Below, piece after piece: positions 52,313 through 63,543 of a stretch of DNA of 64,000 nt. The notes below the pieces were generated by a model. That model was not told the origin of the DNA. It saw nothing but the letters and a program-made list of their open reading frames with translations, and did no database searches. Both the position numbers and the translations under genes were made by a program. The DNA is taken from positions 3,319,361 to 3,383,360 of the forward strand of contig CM074805.1 in NCBI GenBank assembly GCA_037447605.1, read 5' to 3'. Numbering within the stretch: the stretch's first letter is position 1; each line of letters opens with the position of its first letter. Source of the DNA: Zygnema circumcarinatum SAG 698-1b. Taxonomy: Eukaryota; Plantae; Zygnematophyceae.

Positions 52313-55300
52313 ATGGCGGAAGGTGCGTTTTCCTGTTCCAGCTGCCTTCTCTTCAGCAGCTTTACAGGGACACAACTGCACGCTATTCCCCTGACAACAC
52401 CGCTGCGCCATTCTTCCATCTGGCTCCGTCCTGCACATTCGGGGAGAATACCGCCGCTCCTTGGTTACACCTGCAAGCTCACTGGTCCTCTATGCCGGCT
52501 GGAAGAATCTCTACAAAGGCAGCAGCTATCAGATATTACGGATAATACCAAAGCACTGAAAAACAGGAGCTTAAAGCAAAGCAGTAGAACATCGTTTTCT
52601 GTAACTCTTCCAGCGGGTCCAAGTCAGCCTGATTATGCGAGGATTCATGGCTGCCCTGCAGCTACAAAGGGTGGGGGAAGGCAAGCCGCTTCGCCTTCTG
52701 TACCTAAACAAGTTCCCTTGTCTTCTCCAAAGGCATCACAGAATAAAGGAGAAGTTCTTATTTCGGGCACTGGACTGGCCAAAACCTTCAATGGTGTCCA
52801 GCATTTGTTCAAAGACTTGGACATAAATGTGAGCAGAGGACAGAAAATTGGGTTACTGGGAGCAAACGGTAGCGGAAAGAGCACATTATTGAAGGTACTG
52901 GCAGGATTGGAGTCTCCAGACCAAGGAAGTACTCAGCTGCGAAAAGGCGTTCGAATCGGCTATTTGGCCCAGGTTTGTTCTGGAAAAGGATTGACAAGAA
53001 ACGGGCGTTGCCTTTATTGACATGAATCAATAATTATATCCCTTTGATCGTTTTCAAGTACGAAGGAGGCAATATCCTGATTGTGCATATGCAAACCGAT
53101 GTTTAAAGTTCAATTCCTAGTGGAACTGGATATCCACAACGCGAAACCTGTAGAAATTTGGTCGCAGTTCTTATTAAATGCACTACGACAGCAACAAACT
53201 TGCCTTAAAATCTTTGAAGTAATTTTGTTGTATGCATGCTGACTTTTAACGTGAAAGAGATTTTTTTTGAAGGGCGAGTTAATGAACTCTGATCTTTTGG
53301 CTTTGAGTCTAACAATTTGACCTGGAATTGAACCGTCCATAGGAACTAATAAAATCCTTTGAAATTCTTCGGTACACTATTTCAGAATGCTTATCGTAAT
53401 TGTTTGAACTGATAACGAACTTGAGTAGTGGTGGTTGAGGAAACTGAACAAACGCGGTTATATTGTGGACCAATACTTCAATGGCATCCAGATATTTCAG
53501 TATGTAATTTGCACAATTGCAAAATCGTGCCTCGTAAGTGCATGTGCAAGTGGCAAGCATTGTCAAAACAGCGTTACCGGTTAGCTAGTTGTTTAAGACT
53601 AGCTCCTTATTCTTTTGCTAGGTAGTGAAACAAGTGAAACAATTTCTTGAAGCATCCTTTCGTCTAGTTTGTTTCTGCTAGGAACCTCGAATAATTCACA
53701 CTTGGTGTTTAAAATTTGTTTTAAACGTTTGGTCAAGTAGGTTTCCTCTAATAACCACCGTGTAGCTCTGAACTCAATCTTGTTGCTCTTATTCAGCAAC
53801 TGGTGGGCTGATGGGGTCGTTGCTCTTCTGCATGATTCAAACTCCACTCGCAAATTAACTTCACCTTTGTTTCTAACTGAACACTTTTCACTCGACAACC
53901 AGTGCTTGCGCTATTCATGCGAGCTTCTGCCGGATTTGCTTGAATATTTTGTGGCAGGACCCTTATGTGGATGGCGAGCTCGGCATATTGGACGCGGTCC
54001 TGGCTGCTCCCACGCCCGCCATGGCGGCTGTGCGCGACTACGAGAAGGCCTTAGCTCGACAGGCTGCTCTTGGGCCGAATGGTGACAGCAGAGAAATGCA
54101 GGAAATTGTGCAAAATGCGGTGGACCGGGTGGAGGCTCTTGGAGCGTGGGCAGTGGCTTCCGAGGCAGAAAAGCTTCTGGAGATTTTGGGGGTCGGTTTT
54201 GTTGATCGCAAAGTGAAGGAATTAAGTGGAGGTCAGCGAAAGCGGGTGGCACTCGCAGCCACTCTACTTGCAAAACCAGAGCTCGTCATTCTAGATGTGA
54301 GGTTTGAGTGCAGTTTGGAAAGTTTCTTAGTTTCTTAGTTTCTATGCTTTGACGTTCTTGAACCATTGAGAATTCATTAATGAGTTTTTCATTGTACTCC
54401 CTATCCAAGGCAGTAAACGTAACATAAACTTCGTCTCAACTTCACTTTCCATGCATTCGATCTGAATGACTCTTGATTTGGACTCCTCAGAAAGGATTTC
54501 TTCGTCATTGAAATCTAATTAGTCAGGATTATTGTGTCATGCGATGTCTGACTCTCCGTTTGAACTGCGAGGATGGACCAGGAGCCCACGAATCATATGG
54601 ATGTGAATGTCATTCAATGGATGGAGAAAATGCTTTCTGATGCAGCACTCACAGTTGTTCTGGTGAGTTCCTTTGCCCATCTTCAGTATTAATTTGGCCG
54701 AATCCTGGGCTCACCAACTAAGCCTTAAAGGCAGCAGCCGCCATTTATGTATATGGGACTCAAGAAGAAGAAGAAGAGTCTCGTCAGTGTGAAGAAAGGG
54801 GTGGATATGCGCTTAGAGAGGTATTGGCCTGTGGCTGGATTGAGAGCAGGTCACGCACGACCGATACTTCCTCGACTCTGTCTGCAATGAAATGGTGGAA
54901 TTGGATGGTGGCAAGGCCTACGCACATTCGGGCAACTACAGCGCTTTTTTGGCAAACAAAGCGCAGCGGCTTGTGGAGATGGAGGCAGCCATTGCGCGTG
55001 CAGAGAACACACTACGGAAGGAGGCGGAGTGGATGCGGCGGCAACCAAAGGTGAGTAGAAAAAACGTTGGAAGCACTATAGTCAAGTAAGAGAATGACAG
55101 GTCCTGCTTATCGCCTTTTTTCCTTTGTCTTCTTCCGATATAAGTACCCACAAATGCATGCGCATCGCTCACTGCTGCTCCTCTTGAATGGAATCTTCTC
55201 ACGGTCTTGCCCTAACCAGGGTGCTTTCATTGTCCTTTGTCTGCATCCTCTCCACTGTGATTAGGCCCGCAGCACAAAGAGTCGATCACGAATTGACCGT

Positions 55301-58189
55301 TTCTATGCTCTCACTAAAAAGGCAGAGAGGGGACCCTCTACTCGTTCTATGGAACTGGAAGTGGGGGAATCGAGACTGGGCCGGAACGTCCTCGCGATGG
55401 AGGATGCGACTGCAGTGAGAGGAGATCGAGTCATTATCGATGGCTTCTCGTAAGTTCGGCTGCTGACATGGCACAGATGCTCTTGTAGCCGTACTTTAGA
55501 ATGTATGATTTTCACATCTTTATGCCATCTTACAGCCCTTGGTCCATCTATGCAGTTATGTGTTCGATAGAGGCGAGCGAGTGGGAGTCGTTGGACGGAA
55601 TGGCGTCGGCAAATCTACTGTGAGTTGTGCAGCTAAACGTCACCACCACCCTCCAGCGTTTCTGCTCACAATTATGCAGCCTCATGCTTTTGGAATGCTG
55701 ATTTCCTCTTTGCATGAGGACTGTGGAAACTTTGAAATGACGTGTTGTTTGAATGGGGAGCAACAAGTTTGTTGTATGGCAGCCGCGCGGGTAACGCCTC
55801 ATCAGCCGATCTGCAAGGAAAGAGAGGGTTTGCATATGCAGTGTTTAGAGAGAGATCCTTGAAGAAGTTCAGGAGTGAGCGAAACAAGGCTTTCGAGAAG
55901 TGGAATGTAACGAGTGTCTAATGCTGGTTTTGTGAGAGAACTTCTCCTAATAAATTGAGATGGGTGCAATTGTGATGATGGTCTCTATCTTTCCTCACGA
56001 ATGGTCTGACGCTCATGCCTATCCTAAACTGCTGATGGGTCTCTGTATTTGATGTCTTACATTTGGTGCTGTGATGATGCTGCAGTTCCTAGATGCTCTT
56101 GCGGGAGTCCTGCCGCTGCAATCAGGGATCAGAGAAGGTGGAGAGACACTGGTAAGCTTCTCGTTCCTATTTCATTCTGACAGTAAACAAAAATCCATCA
56201 AGGCGAGCCATGAAACTTGACTCCAAGACACCTGAAACCGACGGCTGGGTAGAGAAGTTGCAGATCCACTCGAGCATCCTTCAACCACATAGTCTCAGTT
56301 AGCCTCCATATCCACTGCAATAGGCTATAGTGCCAAATATCTTTCTCCCCCATTAATTATCTCTCTGTTGAACCCGATCTCCTCCTTCTGAGAGCTGATG
56401 CAGGTCATTGGCTACTACACTCAGCAAACACCCCCAATTCCGGAGAATGTCCGAGTCATCGACTACGTGCAGCAGTTTGGCGGTTCTGTGCAGCTTGGGG
56501 ACGATGGCAGGGGGGGGTTTCAAGGTGCTGCTGCAAGCAACCCCCCTGAGCAGATTTCAGCCTCGTCCTTATTGGAACGATTCGGGTTTTCGCGCTCAAA
56601 GCAGTACGACTGGTATGTGCTTCTGCAACCTTTGCTATGTGGGAATGGTCGACCTCCAGTTCCCCTTTAGATTCACCTTTGAGAGTTAACTGACCTTGCC
56701 TCTATTCAAGCTGCTTTCTTCTTGGGCAGTTAAAAATGTTGGCAAAAGAACCTCTGTGCCATTTTCCTTCTCTTCCCTGTTCCCTCTTCCATTCTCACTT
56801 ATCTCTCCTCCTTTTACGTTTCCTGTCCGCCTGTTGATTAAGTGGTGCCCACTGGTGCTGATGGCTTCAGGGCTGCAATGCTGAGTGGTGGAGAGAAGCG
56901 GAGGCTTTACTTGGCAACAATTTTGATGCAGAAGCCAAATTTTCTCCTTTTGGATGAGCCTACAAATGACTTAGACTTGCCTACGATCGAGGTTTGCAGC
57001 CTTCCTATTTGATCCTTGTTCAATTTCTTGCCCCGCACTCTCTACATCAACTACAACGAGATGCGGCGTATTCTGGTGGAAAGAAATTCGTAAACTGATG
57101 GCACAGTCCATGTTGAATCACTCAAGTTTAACATTTTCTAAAGCATTCCTCAGTCTTCCATTCAATGCACGAGGTAAAGGGAGTGTACAGACCCTTATAC
57201 TGTCCTTTCTCAGAGCTATTCTGACATGAGCTCCATTATCGGGCAGGTCCTTGAAAACTTTCTGGCAAGCTTCGAAGGCTGCCTCTTGGTGGCATCTCAT
57301 GACCGTGCTTTCATGGACAATGTCACGTCACGCCTCTTTGTGCTCGAGGGCGACGGAGAGGTCCAGCTATTTGATGGCATTTATTCGGAGTACATGGAGG
57401 AGACCCGGCAGCGAGAAAAGGAGGCCTTGTTGCAGGTTCGAGAGTCAGCCAATCCTGGAGTCAGTGTTGCTGACGGCAACGATGCGGCGAGGATAGCGGA
57501 GGCAACCAAAGGAGGCTCCAACGGAGGAAATACTGTGAAGAAAGGCAGCTCCCGCAAAATGTCATACATGGAACGGAAGGAGTACGATGTAAGGGTCTTA
57601 TTTTTTCACCGTTCCAATTCATGGGCAGGCTCTGTATCACGTGCGTGCGAGAAAGAAGGGAAACGGGCTTGTAATCTGAAGTACAGATGATCCAACTCCT
57701 GCATTTGAGACCAAATCTGCACCGGCCTTGCATACTTGCAATTTCTTACACTTTGTGGGTGGCCTGTTCAGGGTTTGGAGAAAGAGGTTGACAAATTGGC
57801 TGCCAAGAAGCAACAGCTAGAGGCCGTGCTACAGCAGGAGGGTCGATCAGGGGACTATGCGAAGCTGGCAGCCATGGCAGAGCAGCTGGCAGCTATCTCC
57901 TCTGCTCTGGATGCCAAGGTGAGTCTCTAGCTTGGTTGGTAGAAGTTCACTCTTGGACACTTTCATCTCTTTCACAGGTAAATTCAAAGGATGAAATCAT
58001 GAAGGGGTGAAAGTTTCTACCCCCCGTGACTTGGTTGCCTTTATCTTCCTAGAAGAAAGTAACATGTGCCTTTTTCGCCCCAGTTTCTTCAGATATTTCT
58101 GTGGCTTTAATGGAACTCTCAGGGTTTAAATGCCTCGAGCTGTGCAGACTGAGCGGTGGCTGGAACTCGCGGAGCTGGCGGTGGATTAA
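52313..58189 (+). CDS. ABC-F family ATPase, Uup/YfmR-like, with transit-peptide-like N-terminus
   Basis: NBD1 GANGSGKST / [12 protein letters not shown] / DEPTNHMD / [12 protein letters not shown]2 GRNGVGKST / [12 protein letters not shown] / DEPTNDLD / [10 protein letters not shown]-terminal coiled coil [26 protein letters not shown]. No TM helices seen. The ~140-aa N-terminal extension is Ser/Arg/Ala-rich. Confidence 0.9.
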
Positions 58190-58638
58190 AGACGAGAGTA
58201 GGGTCTTTTGTAAACTAAATTCGAGTTGTTGAGGTAGTGGCCACACCTCACAAGACCTTCCATTTTTTATGGAGGTCTGAATTAAGAAATGCACCATCAT
58301 CAGAACGGGCATTACGAAAAAGACACTTCTTTCTCCATGTGATGGCCAATTTAGCCCAATTAAGTGGCGATCCCAATGTGCTGCTCTGCGGTAGAAGCAC
58401 TATTTTCTATTTTTCTAATGCCACACGTTAGAACGTGCCAACATGATGATGAAATATAGCGGAAGTCGAGTTGGAGAAACCATTTCACAATTAAACAGAG
58501 GATACCTAGTAATACATATTTATTCACAACGCTTCCTGTGCTATGCTTGCAAAGACACGCCACATATGGGCCACCTGCATCTAGGAGGCAAACCGAATCT
58601 GGAAAGTGAATGAGCTACAAGCCGTGATTCGCAGGCCC

Positions 58639-59442
58639 TCAGGTATCAAGGTAATTAGAGGCCATCAAGAGCTCCAAGGCGATTTCCGGTTCGATCTTGA
58701 ACTCTGGAATGTTCTTCTGACTGCATGAAACAAGCATGGAGATGTGTCACTGTAAATGAAGGACGCCCATGGTCAAAGCTCACTGTCAGGCAGAACTTTG
58801 CCATCCTGAATTGCCCCCCCATGGCTTGGTACTAAGAGTCACAAAGCAAAGCAGACTGTAAAGAAACAATGCCATCACGATCCAGCTAAAGCAAAGGGAA
58901 GCCAAAGCAAGAGTCCAGGAACATACTTCGCGGGGTTGCTGTATCGGAGCTTATAATAGAAGTATTGACACAACTTCTCCAATATTGGTGCAGAAATTTC
59001 AGGGAACTTCACCTCACCTGTGTCCGTTTCTGTGAAACTGCCTGCACACAGGTAAAACCTGCACATAACTCCAGCATTCCAGAAAATCTGAACGGATAAA
59101 AGGAATACAGTGTCTTTGCAACCAGTGTCAAACATGAGCCTGCGACCAACATATACATTTTGAAACTGATAGACACGTTCTCTTTCGTCCCCTCCGACCC
59201 TTGACAATTGAAGTGAATGAGCTTTGCTGGCCTCCATCAATGGAAGTAATACAACTTACATCCATCAATCCCTTTGACCCTTGTCAGGACTTGACTAGTG
59301 CCTTCAAAGAGTAGCATGAGGTTTTACCTTCGGAACTCAACATGTTCTTGATAGTGTTTGAGACCATAGCAGCTTGTCGGTCTATCACAAACTCAAAGCC
59401 CTCCGCACTGATGAGTTTCACCACATCTTCCTTCTTCACCAT
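58639..59442 (-). CDS. ELOC: Elongin C (3 exons: 59442-59328, 59041-58927, 58720-58639)
   Basis: MVKKEDVVKLISAEGFEFVIDRQAAMVSNTIKNMLSSEGSFTETDTGEVKFPEISAPILEKLCQYFYYKLRY..IPEFKIEPEIALELLMASNYLDT. Confidence 0.95.
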
Positions 59443-59928
59443 GGCGACCTGAGTTTTAGGTCCTCAAAATGTTGCTGTGATCCTTTCCCAAATCGATTTC
59501 GTCCTCGTTCCTGTTACTGAGTCTAACCTATTCGTAACTCCTGAGTTCAAAGCCTAACCAACGGCTGCCCTGAACAGCTGCAACATAAACAATTTCAATC
59601 CGCTCACCTGCATCGTCAACAGCCAAGTTACAACTGTTCAGCACAAATCTAAAAAGGAGTTACTGTTGCCAGACCGGCCCCTTTCCGCAACGGAGAACGA
59701 CCCTATCCCCCCCCTTGTCATTCGGCCCAGCAATTAGTACCTCCCCTCCCCCCCCCCCTTAACTTGTCAGTATGGTCGAGGCCCCCCTCCCAGGGAAGGG
59801 GGCGGATGCCCCTCATCGTGCCCGTGACGTGACCACAAAGAACAGTTAAAATCGGACCACTTTCAGTGCGGAGAAACGTGCGAAAAGTACGAATGATACG
59901 GACAAAAGTACGGAAGGTGCAAATGGTA

Positions 59929-60354
59929 CAGTGGACCCCCATAATATTTTCCACCTTGTACAGTGCGTCCCCAAGAAATTCGCCCCGATTTTGCCGAAAC
60001 TACCTTTTTGTACGGTAACTCTGTGTTAACGTATTAGGGGTGTTAACCTAACCTGACCTATTTCTCAAATCAGAATCTGTTAATTGAAACGACTTTCGAA
60101 CATGGGTCACGCTATTACGCTGTACGGTAAGTACGAATAGAATCTCAAAATCGTACGAAATATGTACGGCACCAATAGGAGCTTGTGTATCTAAAAGAAC
60201 GGTACGATACACTGCAATACGATACGTAGAAACATACATGAACCCTAACATGATAAAGCCCGCCTATTGGTAACACGGACCTTATATTTGCAAATTGCAA
60301 TATTTCGCCCAGTATTTGCTGAAACCATGGCGAAAATATTAAGGGGGTCCACTG
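59929..60354. mobile_element. MITE copy 1, Tc1/mariner-like (TA-flanked)
   Basis: Left end TA|CAGTGGACCCCCATAATATTTT and right end AAAATATTAAGGGGGTCCACTG|TA form an imperfect TIR. 426 bp with no coding capacity; subterminal blocks are shared with neighbouring copies. Confidence 0.8.
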
Positions 60355-60444
60355 TACCAACAGTACGAATAGTAAGGACTGTGTGCCTCCACATGTGAGT
60401 TCCGTCACCGTCCCGGCCGTGGGAGTGACGTGGTACGCGACGTA

Positions 60445-60926
60445 CAGTAGGACCCCATCATATTTTCCACCTCCAAAAGTGCGTCACCAATAAATTCGCA
60501 CCAATATTGCCGAAACCACTTTTTTGTACGGGAACTTTGTGTTAGCCGACTATCCGTACTATTCGTACTAGCCGTTCTAACCGTACTAGCCGTACTAGCT
60601 GTACTAGCCGTTACGGGCTTACGCAAAACTCACCGAATCTCCCCGCACGAGCCGGCGTACGAGGCGCTCGCTCTTCTCCCGTTCTTCGTGGCTTCGATAC
60701 GATACTACACGATACGATACAAACCGATACGGCACTAGCCGTACTAGCCGTATGAGATGTGATAGCGATATGAAAGAAAACGATACGATACGATACGTAC
60801 AGACTTACATGAACTCTGACATAATTCCGCTCACCTATTGGTAACACGGACCTTATATTTGCCAAAAACAATATTTTCGCCGGATATTTGCTAAAACCAG
60901 GTGGAAAATATGATGGGGTCCTACTG
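60445..60926. mobile_element. MITE copy 2, Tc1/mariner-like (TA-flanked, perfect 27-bp TIR)
   Basis: TA|CAGTAGGACCCCATCATATTTTCCACC ... GGTGGAAAATATGATGGGGTCCTACTG|TA; 482 bp; interior of CGTACTAG and CGATA repeats. Confidence 0.88.
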
Positions 60927-60928
60927 TA

Positions 60929-61035
60929 CAATAGACCCCCCCAATATTTTCGCCCCTCTTATTTTCGCTACCCAATATTTTCGCCCTGATTTTGCCAAAA
61001 CCCCTTTTTTGTACGGTAAGGCTGTGTTAGCCATA
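60929..61035. mobile_element. Truncated/interrupted MITE copy 3
   Basis: Starts directly after the TA of copy 2 with TIR-like CAATAGACCCCCCCAATATTTTCGCC, carries the shared TTTTTGTACGGTAA..TGTGTTAGCC block, and is cut at a TA where copy 4 begins. Confidence 0.55.
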
Positions 61036-61539
61036 CAGTAGGACCCCGTCATATTTTCCACCTACATTTGGCAAAAATCGGGCGAAAATATTGTATTTGG
61101 CAAATATAAGGTCCGTGTTACCAATAGGCGAGCGGAATTATGTTAGAGTTCATGTGTGTCCGTACGTATCGTATCTTATCGTATCGTATCGTTTTCTGTC
61201 ATATCGCACCGCATCGTGCCGTATCGGTATCGTAGCTAATCGCATACAGTACATGAAGCACGCCTTAGCGTATACTGAGGCAGCAACCCAAAAAGCTTCG
61301 AGCCCGTAACGGCTACTACAGCTCGTACGGCTAGTACGGATAGTACCGTATCGGGGCGTGTCGTATCGTATCGAAAACAAGAAGAAGTGGGGAAGAGCGA
61401 GCGCCTCTTACGGCGGCACGTGCGGGGAGAATAGGTGAGTTTTGCGTAAGCCCGTGACGGCTAGTACAGCTAGTACGGTTCGTACGGTTCGTACGGTTAG
61501 TACGAATAGTACGGCTAACACAAGTTACCGTACAAAAAG
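61036..61539. mobile_element. MITE copy 4, inverted relative to copy 2, running into the assembly gap
   Basis: TA|CAGTAGGACCCCGTCATATTTTCCACC left TIR. The interior is the reverse complement of copy 2 (e.g. CAAATATAAGGTCCGTGTTACCAATAGG vs CCTATTGGTAACACGGACCTTATATTTG; GAGTTTTGCGTAAGCCCGT vs ACGGGCTTACGCAAAACTC). Confidence 0.8.
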
Positions 61540-61549
61540 NNNNNNNNNN
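61540..61549. other. Assembly gap (10 N) truncating MITE copy 4
   Basis: Run of n. Sequence character changes across it. Confidence 1.
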
Positions 61550-63543
61550 AAAGCAAGTTTGGAGCTTGGCATAGAGACAGCAAAGGGAAGATAGGAATCA
61601 GCTTAGAAAAAGGGTGTGTCTTGGAAACTTACCCCAGCCAGCGGTTGGCTGGGGATTCTCATTACAATATAAGTGTCTTCTCACTGAAATGCTTGTCTGG
61701 CTGGGCTGAATTGGATGTCTAAATGCTATCAGCAAGAAGACTCTCTCTCTCTCTCTCTGCAGTGGAACTCTTTCTCTCTCGTACTAGCATCTGTTGCTGG
61801 AGCTTGAGAGGAAGAAAGGAAGAACAGGACAACAAACCACACAGCAAATACAAATACTAAGCCCAGCACTAAAAGACAAACTAGCATCACTGACATCCAA
61901 TCTGTAGCGAACTGAACACTACAGACACCATGATGCCCCGCGCGACATGGAGACCGTTCCCATAATGCCGCCGGCATTTCGGAGTTGATCGTACGGTTCG
62001 GCCGTACAAAACCTCCGTACGGCCATACGGCTTGGTCGTACGGATCCGTACGCACCTGTACAAAGGGAACGGATGCTACGGATGGTACGGATGGTACGGA
62101 CTGTCGGCGACTTTTCGGCGCGACATGTCGCGTTCGTCAAGGGCGCGCGACCCAACCTCGTGCGGCGTGACTCGTCGTGTACGTACATTGGAATTGGCTA
62201 GCGGCAATGAAAGGTCGTTGACTTTTCCAATGTTGGCCACATGGCATTTTGCTATTGGCTAGCCCTGCTCCCGGTCCCTCACGCTGGTAGAGGGTTCGAC
62301 GAAGGGAGCGTATAAGGGGCGTGGAGCGTATGCAAGAGTATTAGGGATGCGGCACTTGCATACACTCTGGAAACCAGCATTACTCATTCATGTGACTTAG
62401 TCTCTAGCAGGTTTTGGGCTTTGTGTTCAAGGCTTGTTACAATACTCAAGTGATTTCCGCTAGCAAGCTGGGAGCATTTGGGCTCACGGCTTGTTACACA
62501 ATCTATCTATCTCTGACAGTAAATCCTGAGTCCTAGTAGTGACGGTCTCTGATTGGCCAACTGACCACTGAGTGGCCTGGCTGACTATGTGGAGCCTTAT
62601 GATAGGTCAACTAATAACTATCGGCGGCTAATTGCGGCGCTCCGAGTGCGCCTTGCTGGATGATGTGCTGTTCCGTGGGCCGCCAACACATGGTACTGCC
62701 TTCTCGCATCCTCCGTTGGCAGCTCCTGGATTCTGCTTATCCGTGATTCTGAAGAGGCATGTATCAAGTACAACTGAACTGGCGCGGATCCGTCGAGCGC
62801 AGCTCCACTACGCTACATCTGTAGCACATGCGGGGGGGGGAAAACAAGCGCACGCCCCGGCGGGCGCAATGAAGAAGAGAAGAAGGGAAGTGGAGTAGAC
62901 ACTGATAATGGGGACGGAGGCAGCGGTGGGCGAGACGGTGGCCGTGGGGAGAAGCTCCCGCGTACATTCGTCAATGGGGAGGAGTGGCATGATCGCACTG
63001 CGAAAGCGCTACATGGGGCCCTGGAAGGAGGAGAGAGTCTGGAGTGTCCACAACGGAAGGAGGTGAAAGGAACTGGGGCTGCAGAGCAGAACGTCAGGTA
63101 GATGAACAGAAAGGGGAAGCGGTGGAAGTGGGGCAAGGGAAGTGGATGGAGCAAGAGGGAGAGGACTGTAGTGGGAGGAGAAGAGGAGAGCAACTGAGGT
63201 GGGGAGAGGAGGCTAGACTAAGGAATGCGGAGATTCAGAATTGATGCGATGCTGCAAGGATGGAAGGCTTGAAGTGAGAGGACAATCAGGGAGAAACTGA
63301 AAAAAAGGGGGGGGCAGAATAAGCAGGCTAGAATTCAGAACCGAATTGGGAGGGAGAGGAGCAAGAGCTGAGCTGGTGGGGTAGGGCACCGTGGCGAGTG
63401 GGAGGAATTCGAAATCGAAAGGTACGACAGGCTGGCGAAATGTTGGCGAAGTGGCAAAAAAGGGCGGGAAGTAGAAATGGACCAATAAGGAGTCGTCATC
63501 GCAGGGGGGGTACGGAGGAGACCGCGCTGTCGGTCGCAAACAG

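Noticed and set aside
60550-60610. Periodic CGTACTAGC units suggestive of a CRISPR-like or satellite array
   Set aside because: Units are 9 bp with no unique spacers, lie inside a TIR element in eukaryotic DNA, and no cas genes are present.
62330-62830. Candidate LTR of the gypsy element
   Set aside because: No TG..CA boundary with a correctly oriented PPT was found, and the partner LTR is outside the window.
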